A stretch of DNA of 64,000 nucleotides from Terriglobia bacterium. Its GTDB lineage: Bacteria > Acidobacteriota > Terriglobia > Terriglobales > Acidobacteriaceae. Shown in pieces: positions 34,487 through 45,491 of the stretch. The stretch is from positions 32,156-96,155 of the forward strand of contig CAWHQS010000006.1 in the NCBI GenBank assembly GCA_963831565.1. The letters are read 5' to 3'. Position 1 is the stretch's first letter, and each line of letters begins with the position of its first letter. Below the pieces are notes generated by a model. It made no database searches. It was not told where the DNA came from and worked only from the letters and a program-made list of their open reading frames with translations. The position numbers were made by a program, and so were the translations under genes.

Positions 34487-35497
34487 CTATTTGCCCATGG
34501 TAAGCACGACGCGGAAGCGGGCCCGTCCGCTGATCATCTGATCGTAGGCTTCAGCCACTTTGTCCAGCGGATAGCGTTCGATCATGGGCCGAACCCCCGA
34601 CAGAGAACTGAAGCGCAACGTGTCCTCGGAATCGATGGACGAGCCGGAGGGCCATCCCCGGATGGTCCTGCGCGCGAAGATGAGTTGCAAAGGCGTAACT
34701 GTGATGGGTTCTGTGCTGGCGCCGACAATCACCAGCTTTCCGTCCGGGCCCAATCCGTCGACCAGGGCGGAGATTGCCTTCGAGTCCGGCGCCGTGGCCA
34801 GAATCACGCCCGCCCCGCCCAGGGCTTGCAGGGCGGCCGCGGGCGCGCTGGCAGCGCTGTCGATGTAATGGTGAGCGCCCAGTTGCCTGACCAGCGCTTC
34901 TTTGTCCCCGCCGCGGCCAATCGCAGCCGTGCGGAAGCCCATCTGGCGCGCGTACTGAATTCCCAGGTGCCCCAGGCCGCCGATGCCCTGTACCGCCACC
35001 AGGTCACCGGCGCGCGCACCCGCGTTGCGCAGCGAGTTGTACACGGTGATGCCGGCGCAAAGCAGCGGCGCAGCTTCGTCCGCGGGTAATTCATCGGGCA
35101 TGGCCGCGACTGCCTCGGCTGGGACCACTACGTACTCGGCGTAGCCGCCGTCGAAGCTGATCCCGGTAATTTTCTCAGACTGGCAGAGAATGAAATTGCC
35201 GCGACGGCAGGGGTCGCAGACAAAACAATGTCCGCCATGCCAGCCCACGCCCACGCGCTGGCCCGCTTTCCACTGCGTGACGTCGCCTCCAACCGCGTCG
35301 ATGCGCCCGGCAATCTCGTGGCCCGGAACCCGCGGGTACTGCAATCCGGGAAAGCCCGACTGCTTTACGATAGCGTCACTGTGGCAGACGCCGCAGGCCT
35401 CCACCTTGATCCGAACCTGCGCCCGCCCAGGCTCCGGAATCGGACGTTCCACCACTTCGAAATTTCCACCAGGTTTGCTGACTTGCGCGACTTTCAT
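34487..35497 (-). CDS. zinc-dependent alcohol dehydrogenase (MDR family)
   Basis: ORF 34487..35599 trimmed to the ATG at 35497 (MKVAQVSKPGG). GVCHSD is the catalytic Zn site, CxxCxxCxxxxxxxC is the structural Zn site, and GIGGLGH is the NAD-binding motif. Confidence 0.85.
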   Translation of the reverse strand: MKVAQVSKPGGNFEVVERPIPEPGRAQVRIKVEACGVCHSDAIVKQSGFPGLQYPRVPGHEIAGRIDAVGGDVTQWKAGQRVGVGWHGGHCFVCDPCRRGNFILCQSEKITGISFDGGYAEYVVVPAEAVAAMPDELPADEAAPLLCAGITVYNSLRNAGARAGDLVAVQGIGGLGHLGIQYARQMGFRTAAIGRGGDKEALVRQLGAHHYIDSAASAPAAALQALGGAGVILATAPDSKAISALVDGLGPDGKLVIVGASTEPITVTPLQLIFARRTIRGWPSGSSIDSEDTLRFSSLSGVRPMIERYPLDKVAEAYDQMISGRARFRVVLTMGK

Positions 35498-35662
35498 GAC
35501 TTTCCTCAACCCTAGAGATGGCAAAGGGAACGGTAGAGATGCAGAAACTGTAACCATGAGGGTGCCCCGTCCTCGTCTCTCCTTTTTTTGGAGAGACAAG
35601 GCGGGGAAGTTGTCGTGGACTTACGCCCTTGCACGAGCGGGACGCTCGCGCCCACAGCCGGC

Positions 35663-36880
35663 TTACTTGTATCGTTCCGCGATGAAATCACCGATCGATT
35701 GATAAGCCCTGGTCAACGTGGCTTCATCGGGCAAGAACACGATGCGGAAGTGCCGGGTGCCGGCCTTCTGACCAAAGCCGGAACCGTGTACCACGAGCAC
35801 GTGTTTGGACCGGCACAATTCCTTCACGAAGACGTCGTCGCCTTCCTTGATCTCGATGCGGGGGAAGGCGTAGAACGCCCCGCGGGGAGACACACAACTC
35901 ACGCGCGGGGTTGAATTGCACCACTGGACGGTGAGGTCGCGGCGGGCGCGAAGCTTGTTGCGTACTTCCACCAGGTGATCCTGAGGCCCGTCCAGCGCGG
36001 GTTTAATGGCGTATTGTTCGGGATGGTTAGCGCACAGGCGGGCGCGCAGCAGACGATGAATGCCTTCCACGTAGGGCTTCACCGCGGCAGCCTCACCGCT
36101 CACTACTCCCCATCCGATGCGCCAGCCGGGCGCGAGATAATTCTTCGACAGCCCACCGAACGTCACGACCGGCACATCGGGCGCGACCGCGGCGATCGAG
36201 ATGGAGTCTGTCCTCTCGCCAGAGTCGAGAATGAGCTTGTCGTAAATCTCGTCGGCGAAAATGACCAGATTGTTACGCCGCGCCAATTCCGCCAACTGTT
36301 CCAGCATGCGGCGGGAACAGATTGCGCCCGTGGGATTATTGGGATTGATCAGGACGATGGCCCGGGTCTTCGCATTGATCTTGCGCTGCAGATCGATCAG
36401 GTCCGGCTGCCAGGCATCGTCTTCGTTCAGATCGTACGGGGTGACCGGAATGCCGAGCTTGCACAGCACGGCGGAGTAGAGCGGATAGTCCGGACTCGGA
36501 GTCAGAACATGTTCGCCGGGATTGACCAGGGCAGTCAGGCATACATCGACCGCCTCGCTCGCGCCTGAAGTTACAAACGCATCCTGCACCGTCGAAATAC
36601 CTTTGCGAACCGCCTCGCCGCGAATCGCCTCCAATGCTTCCGGGATGCCGGGCGAGGGCGCATATCCGTTCCTGTTCTCCCGCATAGCCTTGTACACGGC
36701 CTCGATCAGATGTGGCGGAGTTGCGAAATCAAAAATGTTGGGATCGCCGACGTTGAGCGCCAGGACCTTGTGCCCCTGGCGCGTGACCTCATCAGCCACC
36801 GACGCCAGGTCGCGTATGGCGTAGCGGACATTGTCGAGGCGATGGGCAGCGGCGACTTCGCGGATTTGGGTGCTGGGCAT
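35663..36880 (-). CDS. pyridoxal phosphate-dependent aminotransferase, class I/II (AlaA-like)
   Basis: ORF 35663..37078 trimmed to the ATG at 36880 because the upstream codons translate repeats. NPNNPTG, SKNYLAPGWRIGW (PLP Lys) and the typical length support the call. Confidence 0.85.
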   Translation of the reverse strand: MPSTQIREVAAAHRLDNVRYAIRDLASVADEVTRQGHKVLALNVGDPNIFDFATPPHLIEAVYKAMRENRNGYAPSPGIPEALEAIRGEAVRKGISTVQDAFVTSGASEAVDVCLTALVNPGEHVLTPSPDYPLYSAVLCKLGIPVTPYDLNEDDAWQPDLIDLQRKINAKTRAIVLINPNNPTGAICSRRMLEQLAELARRNNLVIFADEIYDKLILDSGERTDSISIAAVAPDVPVVTFGGLSKNYLAPGWRIGWGVVSGEAAAVKPYVEGIHRLLRARLCANHPEQYAIKPALDGPQDHLVEVRNKLRARRDLTVQWCNSTPRVSCVSPRGAFYAFPRIEIKEGDDVFVKELCRSKHVLVVHGSGFGQKAGTRHFRIVFLPDEATLTRAYQSIGDFIAERYK

Positions 36881-36909
36881 GTTGTTCCGTCTAAAGCAAA
36901 ACTTTTTAA

Positions 36910-37006
36910 CCGCAAAGGTCGCAAAGAACGCCGCAAAGTTCGCAAAAAAATCCCTTGCTACGCACTGGGTAGCCAACGACCAAAGGCCAACGACCAACGA
37001 CCAACG
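36910..37006. repeat. composite array: CGCAAAG-type units followed by CCAACGA heptamers
   Basis: CCGCAAAGGTCGCAAAGAACGCCGCAAAGTTCGCAAA is followed by GCCAACGACCAAAGGCCAACGACCAACGACCAACG. It lies between the ALDH stop and the aminotransferase start (both on the minus strand). Confidence 0.65.
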
Positions 37007-37011
37007 TCGGG

Positions 37012-38550
37012 TTAATCCACCCGATCGATCTGCGCTTTCTGCAGGCGGTCGGAGTAATCCACGTACACCGCCTTCCACTCGGTGTAGAAATCAATCGCGC
37101 CCATGCCGCCTTCGCGATGGCCGTTGCCTGTGGCTTTTACGCCGCCGAAGGGTAAGTGCACTTCGGCGCCGATGGTCGGCGCGTTGATGTAAGTGATTCC
37201 GGCGTGCAGGTCGCGCATGGCGGTAAACGCCTTGTTCACGTCCTTGGTGTAGAGCGCGGACGACAGCCCGTACTCAATGCCGTTGGCGATGGCAATCGCA
37301 TCTTCCAGGTCTTCACAAGGGATGATGGAAACGACCGGCCCGAAGATTTCCTCCTGCGCAATGCGCATTTTCGGATCAACATCGACGAACACCGTCGGCT
37401 CCATGAAGTAGCCGTGCTGGTATTCGCCCTGGTCGAGGCGGTTGCCGCCGCACTTCATCTTCGCGCCTTCGGACTTGCCGATCTCCACGTAGCTGAGATC
37501 GGTCTTGAGCTGGGCCTCGTTGATGGCCGGGCCCATCTCGGTGTTTTCATCCAGGCCGTTGCCCACTCTCAGTTGCTTGGCGCGATCGACGTAGCGCTCC
37601 ACGAACTCGGCATACACGCCTTTCTGCACGATGATGCGGCTGGTGGCGGTGCAACGTTGTCCGGTGGTGCCGAAGCCGCCCCAGAGGCCGCCTTCGATGG
37701 CAAGGTCGAGGTTGGCGTCGTCCAGCACGATCATGGGATTCTTGCCGCCCAGTTCCAGCGAGCAGTGTTTGAAGCTCTTGGCGGCCGTGGTCCCGACGAT
37801 GCGCCCAACCGCGGTGGATCCCGTCAGCGAGATGGCGCGGACTTCAGGATGCTCCATCAGCGGGCCTCCCACCTGCGCGCCGAATCCGCTGACAATGTTG
37901 ATCACGCCCTTGGGCACGCCCGCATCGGACAGCGTGCGCACCAGATTGTAAGTGGAAAGCGGCGTGTCCTGCGCCGGCTTGATCACGCAAGTGTTGCCGC
38001 AAACGATGGCGGGCAGCAACTTCCACGATGGAATCGCCATGGGGAAGTTCCACGGCGTGATCATGCCGCACACCCCGATCGGGGTCCGCACCGCCATGGC
38101 GAACTTGTTGGGCAACTCCGACGGCGTAGTGGGACCGAACATGCGGCGGCCTTCACCGGCAAAGTAGTAAGCCGTGTCGATGGCTTCCTGAGTGTCGCCG
38201 CGAGTCTCTTTAAGGATCTTGCCCATCTCGCGGGTCATGTCGCGGGAGTACTCTTCCTTGCGCTCGAGCAGCATCTCGGCGGCGCGGAAGACGATTTCAG
38301 CGCGGCGCGGGGCCGGTACCAGGCGCCACTTGGCGAAGGCGCGGCTGGCGGCTTCAACCGCATTGTCCACGTCTGCTTTTGCGGACTTCTGAAAGATGCC
38401 GACTACGTCGCGCGTGTCGGCGGGATTGCGGTTTTCAAAAGTCTCTCCGGTCGAGGAATCCACCCACTCGCCGTCAATGAAGTTCTTGTACACCTTGGGT
38501 GCAGTGCTGCTGCCGAGCGCGGGCGGGCTGGTCAGTGTGTCGGTTGCCAT
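37012..38550 (-). CDS. aldehyde dehydrogenase family protein
   Basis: ORF 37012..38676 trimmed to the ATG at 38550 (MATDTLTS). ALDH blocks are present: [34 protein letters not shown] and EEIFGPV. Confidence 0.85.
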   Translation of the reverse strand: MATDTLTSPPALGSSTAPKVYKNFIDGEWVDSSTGETFENRNPADTRDVVGIFQKSAKADVDNAVEAASRAFAKWRLVPAPRRAEIVFRAAEMLLERKEEYSRDMTREMGKILKETRGDTQEAIDTAYYFAGEGRRMFGPTTPSELPNKFAMAVRTPIGVCGMITPWNFPMAIPSWKLLPAIVCGNTCVIKPAQDTPLSTYNLVRTLSDAGVPKGVINIVSGFGAQVGGPLMEHPEVRAISLTGSTAVGRIVGTTAAKSFKHCSLELGGKNPMIVLDDANLDLAIEGGLWGGFGTTGQRCTATSRIIVQKGVYAEFVERYVDRAKQLRVGNGLDENTEMGPAINEAQLKTDLSYVEIGKSEGAKMKCGGNRLDQGEYQHGYFMEPTVFVDVDPKMRIAQEEIFGPVVSIIPCEDLEDAIAIANGIEYGLSSALYTKDVNKAFTAMRDLHAGITYINAPTIGAEVHLPFGGVKATGNGHREGGMGAIDFYTEWKAVYVDYSDRLQKAQIDRVD

Positions 38551-38884
38551 AAGAGTCTCCTGAGTTGCAGGGAAGAATGCGTGAACCTCTATGCTACAGG
38601 CGGGGCTGAGGGTGCGGCAAGCGGCGGGTATCTTGTAGCGTCGGCATCCTGCCCGCCCGACAGGAGGGCCTTGCAACGTTAGGAAGCATGAGCAGAGGGC
38701 GCGGACGCCCTCCGGATAGCCGGCGGGACGCCGGCGCTACAGATCGGCGTCGCTTGACAAGCCCCGGCGAGAGTACAAAATCCCCGCGCTCCCTCGGTGC
38801 CTTTATAAGTGCGAGGGAACGATTGGGTGAACGGCAACGTATCAGGTGGAGGGCGCGACAGCGTCTCCAGGAGCAGAATCTTCG

Positions 38885-39756
38885 TGGAATTACAGATTCA
38901 GAATTTATCCAAAGTCTATAAAAACGGCGTGCGCGCGCTGGACAACGTCTCTCTTACCATTCCCGTGGGCATGTACGGCTTGCTCGGCCCCAATGGCGCG
39001 GGCAAGTCCACGCTGATGCGTACCATTGCCACGCTGCAGGAGCCGGACAGCGGAGAGATCCACCTGGGGACGCTCAATGTCCTGCGGCAGAAGCAGGAGT
39101 TGCGCAAGACGCTGGGCTACCTTCCGCAGGAGTTTGGCGTGTACCCGCGCACCTCGGCGCAGGAAATGCTCGGTCATCTCGCGCTGCTGAAGGGCATTAC
39201 CGACTCGAAGCAGCGCAAGGACACGGTCGAGGCGCTGTTGCATCGCACCAATCTCTACGAACATCGCAAGAAGGCGCTGTCCGGATTTTCCGGCGGCATG
39301 CGGCAGCGCTTCGGGATTGCGCAGGCACTGCTCGGCAATCCGCGCCTGCTGATCGTGGACGAACCGACGGCGGGTCTCGATCCCGGAGAGCGCAACCGCT
39401 TCTACAGCCTGCTCTCCGAAATCGGCGAAGACGTCATCGTGATTCTCTCCACCCACATCGTCGAAGACGTGATGGAGTTGTGCACCAACATGGCCATCAT
39501 TCACCAGGGCAAGGTGCTGTTTGCCGGCGCTCCCAGTGAGGCGGTCAGCTCGCTCGAAGGCCGCATCTGGCAGAAGTCGGTGGCCAAGCCCGAGGTCAAA
39601 GACTACGAGCAACGCTACCGCGTCATCTCCAGCAAGCTGATTGCGGGCAAGCCCCTGATCCACATCTATTCGGCGGAGAACCCGGGGAACGGCTTCACCC
39701 CGGTGAGCGCGGATCTCGAAGACGTCTTCTTCAGCCGCATTTCCGGGATCGCGTGA
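38885..39756 (+). CDS. ABC transporter ATP-binding protein (ABC-2 exporter type)
   Basis: ORF 38809..39756 trimmed to the GTG at 38885. Walker A (GPNGAGKST), the signature (FSGGMRQR) and Walker B (LLIVDEPTAGLD) are all present. Its stop overlaps the next gene start (GTGA). Confidence 0.85.
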
Positions 39757-42700
39757 GACCAGCCATGTTCAAACAGTTCTTCAACTTCGAGGTCCGGTTC
39801 TGGCTGCGCTCCTGGATGCTTTGGGTATTTTTCCTGATCGTGGCGTTGATGTTTTTCGGGGCGGCCAGCAGCGACCAGATCACCGTCGGCAGCTCGCTGA
39901 AAAACACTTACCGCAACGCTCCCTGGGTGGTGGAGAACTTCTACGTTGTTTGCAGTCTGCTGACACTGCTGATGACGACGGCGTTCGTGAACTCTGCCGC
40001 TTCGCGCGATTTTGCCCACAACACCCACCAGATCCTGTTCAGCACGCCCATCCGCAAACTGGATTATCTGGCCGGACGCTTTCTGGGCTCGGCGCTGATT
40101 GCAGTGATTCCGCTGCTGGGCGTTTCCGTCGGGATTCTGGCCGCGAAGTATATGCCGTGGGTGGACGCGGAACGCTGGGGCCCGGTGGTGTGGGCGGCCC
40201 ACTGGAAGGCGATTCTCGTTTTTGCCATTCCCAACACCCTGTTCATCGCGGCGGTGATCTTTGCCATCGCGGTGCTGACCCGGAGCACGGTGGTTTCGTT
40301 TCTGGGCAGCCTGGCGCTGCTGGCGGGATACGGAATTTCCCGGGTGCTCACCAGCGACCTGAAAAACCAGAAACTGGCGGCGCTGATCGATCCCTTTGGC
40401 ATCGACCCTTTTCTCTACGCGACCAAATACTGGACCGTGGCCGAGAAGAACACCCTCTCCATCGGCTACTCCGGATATCTGCTGTGGAACCGGCTGATCT
40501 GGCTGGGGGTGGGCGCGGCGATCTTTGCTTTCGCGTACTGGCGGTTTAGTTTCGCCGAAAGAAGTCCGAGGAAGAAGAGAGTCAAGGCGCAGGAGATCGC
40601 GTCGATCACCTCCACCGCAATTCCAGCGGCAGACAGAAATTTCGGCGCTGGCGCCGAGTGGCTGCAATTCTGGGGCACGGTCAAGATCGAATTCAAGCGC
40701 CTGGTCAAGACGACGACGTTCATCGTGATCACCGCCTTCGCCCTGCTGAACTGCGTGCCGGCGCTGATCTTCAGCAACACGGAAGGCTTTGGAAACACGT
40801 TCCTGCCGGTGACTTACCGATTGCTCGAAGTCATCGCGGGAACGCTCTACCTGTTCCTGATCGCCATGATCACCTACTTCGCCGGTGTCCTGGCCTGGGA
40901 GGAGCGCGACAGCGGCACCGACGAGGTCCATGACGCGCTGCCCAATCCGGAGTGGCCCACGTATCTGGCCAAGCTTACCGCGCTGATGAGCAGCATCGTC
41001 ATCATTCTGGCTGTCGTCATGTGCGCGGCGCTGCTGGTGCAGTTCTTCCACGGATATCACCGCTACCAGATCGGGCTTTTCATTGCGAACCTGTTTGGCA
41101 TCGACCTGCTCGGCTTCGTCTTTCTGGCCATTCTGGCGTTTTTTATTCACGTCATCTCGCCCAACAAGTACGTCGGCTACTTCGGATACATCACGTTCCT
41201 CCTGCTGACCACATTCATCTGGTCGCCCTTGCATATCGCCACTTACCTGGTGCAGTTCGGCCAGGCCCAGACCATGACCTACTCGGATTTCTACGGATAC
41301 GGTCCGTTCCTCGAGAGCTGGTCTTGGTTCATGCTGTACTGGATGGCGTTTTGCGTTTTCCTGGCGGCAGTCACGATCCTGCTATGGCAGCGCGGACGTG
41401 AAACCAGTTGGCGCAGCCGAATAAGAAACGCGCGTTTGCGCTATCACGGGGCGGTGCGCTTTATCGCCATCGCGGCCGCGATCGGGTTCGTGGCCACTGG
41501 CGGCTGGATTTTTTACAACACCAAAGTCCTGAACACGGTGCGCAGCGAAAACGACAACGACCGCCTGCAGGCGGACTACGAGAAGACCTACAAGAAATTC
41601 GAGAAGCAGCCTGAGCCGCGCATTACGGACGTGAAGTACGCCATCGACCTGTATCCGGAATCGCGCAACATGACCATGCGCGGCCAGCAGACCATCGTGA
41701 ACCAGACCTCCAAGCCGCTGACTGAGGTTCACTTCACGTCTGGCCAACGACTATCAAACCACCATCGAGATACCCGGGGCGAAGCTGTCCCAGGATGATC
41801 AGCGTCTGCACTACCAGATTTACGCTCTAACCACCCCGATGCAGCCCGGCGAATCTCGCGTGATGCAGTTCACCATGCAGACCCGGGTGCGGGGCTTCGA
41901 GAACACGCTGACCAACCGCGCCGTGCTGCCGAACGGCACTTTCATTCATAGCCAGATCGTTCCCCAGATCGGGTATCAGCCCGGCAACGAATTGGACGAC
42001 AAGAACAAACGCAAGCGCTTCGGCCTCAAGGAAAAAGACCTGATGCCGGCACTCGAGCAGAACTGCACTGCCGACTGCCGCGACAGCTACATCAGCAATA
42101 ACTCCGACTGGGTGAATGTCGAAACCGTGATCAGCACCTCGCCCGACCAGATCGCGATCGCACCGGGCTCGCTGCAGCGGGAGTGGAGCGAAAACGGCCG
42201 CCGCTACTTCCAGTACAAGCTCGACCATATCGGACTCAACTATTACTCCTTCCTGTCGGCCCGTTATGAGGTGGCGCGCACCGAGTGGAACGGCATCAGC
42301 ATCGAGGTGTACTACCTCAAGGAGCAGCCCTGGAACGTTCCCAAGATGCTGAACTCGGTGAAGAAGTCTTTCGAGTACTACACCAAAAACTTCGGCCCCT
42401 ATCCGCAGAAGGAAGCGCGCATCATCGAATTTCCGCGCCTGGCCGCCTTCGCCGAGGCCTTTCCCGGAACCATGCCCTACTCGGAGTCCATCGGCTTCAT
42501 CGCCAGCATCCAGAAGCCGGATGACATCGACATGGTCTTCTACGTGGTGGCGCACGAGATGGCGCACCAGTGGTGGGGCCACCAGGAAGTGGGAGCGAAC
42601 ATGCAAGGCGCCACGCTGCTGGTGGAGACCCTGGCCCAGTACTCCGCCCTGATGACCATGGAAAAAGAATACGGCCGCGATACCATGCGCAAGTTCATGC

Positions 42701-43345
42701 AGTACGAAATGGACAACTACCTGCGCTCCCGCGGCGCCGAGTTGCTGAAGGAGCGTCCGTTGTTGCGCGTGGAGTCGTCGCAGGGATACATCCACTATCG
42801 CAAGGGCAGCGTGGTGATGTACTACCTGCGTGAAATGATCGGCGAGGAAGCAGTCAACCGTGCAGTGCGCAAGGTGCTGAACAAGTATGGATACGCGCCG
42901 CCGCCGTATCCCACGTCCTATGCCCTGGTCGATGCTCTGCGGGAAGAAACCCCGCCGCAACTGCAATACCTCATCCAGGACCTCTTCTATGACATCACGT
43001 TATTTTCCAACCGGGCCGTGACCGCAACTGCCCACAAGGGATCCGGACGGCAAATACCAGGTCACGGTCGAAACCGAGGCGCACAAGTTCAAAGCCGACG
43101 AAAAGGGCAACGAGACTGAAGTTCCGGTGGACGACTGGATCGAAGTCGGAGCGCTGGCTGCACCGGAGAAGGGGAAGCGTTTTGGCAAAGTCCTGCACCG
43201 CGAGCGCGTCCACATGACCAGCGGCAAAGCCAGCTACAGTTTCACGACGGACGAAAAACCGGACAAGGCCGGCATCGATCCGCTGCTATTGCTGATCGAT
43301 CGCGTGCCGGATGACAACATGGTCGAGGTCACGATCGAGCGTTAG
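39753..43345 (+). pseudogene. ABC-2 permease fused to an M1-family zinc aminopeptidase domain, interrupted by two +1 frameshifts (pseudogene or sequencing error)
   Basis: Three colinear ORFs cover this gene: 39753..41798 (frame 0, polytopic permease), 41839..43119 (frame 1, containing HEMAH at 42553-42567) and 43127..43345 (frame 2). Reading stays open and sensible across both junctions if one base is removed near 41739 (ACG-T-CTGGCC) and one near 43038-43040 (AAGGGATCC). The 3593-nt span minus 2 nt gives 1197 codons. Confidence 0.75.
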
Positions 43346-43422
43346 GCACCCCAAACTCATTCGAACCCTCAGCGGGGCGACTTGCATTCCGGCACAGCTA
43401 CCTCCGACGGAGCCGAGTGAAT

Positions 43423-43881
43423 TCAAGGCACAACGCCAGACCGGTTAGTAGTTGAAAACTGCAAGAAATCGTTCGCATTGATGAGGCGAAGGACTATGCG
43501 CACGACGACCGGGAAGTGTCGTCGTGTCGGATCATGCACGATGACTGGCGCGAAGAGTTGATAAGGCACGCGGCGAGTCTCGAGCTGGCAACCCCCGGCG
43601 GCCAGTACGTTCTTTGCCCACCCGCTATCTCGCCCGTAGGTGAGCGCAATCAGGAACCCGTCGGGCTCTCGAAACACATTCACTGGCGTCCGGTAAAGCC
43701 GGCCTGACTTTCGGCCTACGTTGGTAATAATGCCGAAGCCGGGCAATCGGCTCGCGAACCGGCTCGTGATCCGGTTCGTAACAGCGCGATTGAAAGCTGC
43801 TACCTGCCTCTTGCGAAACCGAACCAGAAGAATGGGAGCCAGCAGGAGTGTGATTAGGGAGACAAACGCAACAATCATCAT
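43423..43881 (-). CDS. DUF385 / deazaflavin(F420)-dependent nitroreductase-family protein
   Basis: FNRAVTNR...LPGFGIITNVGRKSGRLYRTPVNVF...IALTYGRDSGWAKNVLAAGGCQLETR is the characteristic Ddn/DUF385 layout. Confidence 0.75.
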   Translation of the reverse strand: MMIVAFVSLITLLLAPILLVRFRKRQVAAFNRAVTNRITSRFASRLPGFGIITNVGRKSGRLYRTPVNVFREPDGFLIALTYGRDSGWAKNVLAAGGCQLETRRVPYQLFAPVIVHDPTRRHFPVVVRIVLRLINANDFLQFSTTNRSGVVP

Positions 43882-43945
43882 GGTCGATTCCTTGCTGTCA
43901 TGTGCACCTCGAACATGATCGTCAACCGACTACTGCCAGTGCTGA

Positions 43946-44395
43946 TCAGCTTTTCGCCCGCAGCCACACCTGCCAGACCAATAGCGCAACGTAGCTCGCC
44001 GCGAGGAAGGAAAACAGCAGGGTTAGAAGAGCGTGTCCTACGACAAACGCTTTTCCCTTGGGCCAGTCAGCGTGGGAAAAGTAAATCGCATCTACCAGAA
44101 TCCGCGTCGTCCAGTAAGTCCCGATGAAACAGGCAAGTCCCAAGGCGGCGCGGTCGCCTCGGAGCAGTTCGGTGCGGAGGGCTAACGTCAAGGTGCCAAA
44201 GGCAATGATCGTCAGCACTGTGAATCCGCTCTGTACCCAGAGCAGTTTCCGATTGAACGGTATCAATTGCTGTAAGTCGTGCTTCCAATGCAGTCGATAG
44301 GGCAATTGAAAGCTGGCGAAGAGGATCACAAAATGCGCCGCGCCAACCAACCACAGGTCGACACCAAACAGCCGCTGCACGATGGAATCGGTCAT
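43946..44395 (-). CDS. hypothetical integral membrane protein (149 aa)
   Basis: This is the C-terminal part of ORF 43946..45202, starting at MTDSIVQRLFG. It has four TM-like segments, and its ATG overlaps the stop of the upstream MBOAT gene (ATGA at 44392-44395). Confidence 0.6.
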   Translation of the reverse strand: MTDSIVQRLFGVDLWLVGAAHFVILFASFQLPYRLHWKHDLQQLIPFNRKLLWVQSGFTVLTIIAFGTLTLALRTELLRGDRAALGLACFIGTYWTTRILVDAIYFSHADWPKGKAFVVGHALLTLLFSFLAASYVALLVWQVWLRAKS

Positions 44396-45318
44396 AACGC
44401 GTGAATCGCCTGCATGAAAGGAAGTATTACACGCAGCACAAACCAGGGGTGAAAGAGCCCGAAGACCGGTAGGGTAAGAACTGCCATCATGAACCACCAG
44501 CCCCGCACTCCCTGCCCCAACCCGAACCGCCTGCCGATTTCCGAACGCTCGACAGTCACTCCGACGCCCTGCAACAAGAAATAAAGCGTGGGAAGACCAT
44601 AGCCTCCGCGAGCGGGCAGCGAGATTACCAAATCGTGGATCAGCCCAGAGACCACGAAGACCAGGAAACCAGCCACGTCGGGCCCTAGCCCTCGATACAG
44701 TGGGCGAAAGATCAACTCGTGGGCAAGCTGCCGAAAACCATGATTCCATCGTCTTCCCCAGAACTCTCCCAAGGAAGTCGAACGGAGAGGTGTAGACATG
44801 ATGGATTGGGCATTGACCCCGAGGGTCTGCCACAGGAGAGCGACCATCTGGAAAGTACCGAAGTGAAGGAGCAGGATCAGACCTATCATTCCGATCCAAC
44901 CGCGTAGAAGGGGTTGTCCCTGCGGAATGGAGCGCGCCATGCCCCAGAGCAGCATTGCGCCGAGAATCGTTTCGAACGTCGCCCAGAGCCAAGCCATGGA
45001 CCCTGGCGGGGACACGCGTCGTCTCACATCCAAGAAAGCATCTGCATCCATTCCCGGCCAGGCCAGGAGATAGGCAACCGAGCGCCACGCGGGGTGAAGG
45101 ACTTGCGATCGCTGCCTGCAAAATGTCAACCACTTCAGGCTGAGATAAATGGCGAACGAAAGAATCCACATGAATACCCAAGGCCGTAATAGATCGCGGC
45201 AAGCCACAGCCGCCAGGGGCAGGACTAAGATCGGCAGCCAGACGCTTATCTTATTGACGGTTTGCACGTGGGGCAGTCGCAATCCACATCGATTTGTACC
45301 AGAGACTGTTCGGAACAT
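44392..45318 (-). CDS. MBOAT_2 / wax-synthase-like membrane-bound O-acyltransferase
   Basis: ORF 44392..45420. It is polytopic and contains FWGRRWNHGFRQLAHELIFRP and the conserved-His region SGLIHDLVISLP. The start is uncertain (ATG 45318 or GTG 45267). Confidence 0.7.
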   Translation of the reverse strand: MFRTVSGTNRCGLRLPHVQTVNKISVWLPILVLPLAAVACRDLLRPWVFMWILSFAIYLSLKWLTFCRQRSQVLHPAWRSVAYLLAWPGMDADAFLDVRRRVSPPGSMAWLWATFETILGAMLLWGMARSIPQGQPLLRGWIGMIGLILLLHFGTFQMVALLWQTLGVNAQSIMSTPLRSTSLGEFWGRRWNHGFRQLAHELIFRPLYRGLGPDVAGFLVFVVSGLIHDLVISLPARGGYGLPTLYFLLQGVGVTVERSEIGRRFGLGQGVRGWWFMMAVLTLPVFGLFHPWFVLRVILPFMQAIHAL

Positions 45319-45491
45319 CCTGAAAAGAGGGGACCCACCTAGTGCAGTAACCGGATAGCCTGTTCGCTGTCCCCAGCACCGCGGTACATGACCGCCGGGG
45401 GTGGTACCCAAGGTAATCAACTATGCCCTGCCAGTTATGCTTGTGATACTCTCGGAAATACCCCATATTCTTAGGGTTTGACTGGCGTCCG

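Noticed and set aside
37156-38682. 508-aa plus-strand ORF antisense to the aldehyde dehydrogenase
   Set aside because: It is a shadow ORF with no motifs. The minus strand encodes all ALDH blocks.
39666-42966. Two long minus-strand ORFs (39666..41234 and 41827..42966) antisense to the permease-M1 gene
   Set aside because: Both have shadow-ORF composition (Arg/His/Gly/Gln-rich) and no domains. The plus strand has TM segments and the HEMAH motif.
43346-43422. tRNA-like TTCGAACCC motif
   Set aside because: The flanking bases do not form a T-stem, and no acceptor or anticodon arms can be drawn.
44396-45202. N-terminal 269 codons of the 418-aa ORF 43946..45202 (-)
   Set aside because: This part overlaps the MBOAT gene out of frame and is Arg/Gly/Pro-rich. 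Only the last 149 codons, from the ATG at 44395 (ATGA-coupled), look like a real membrane protein.
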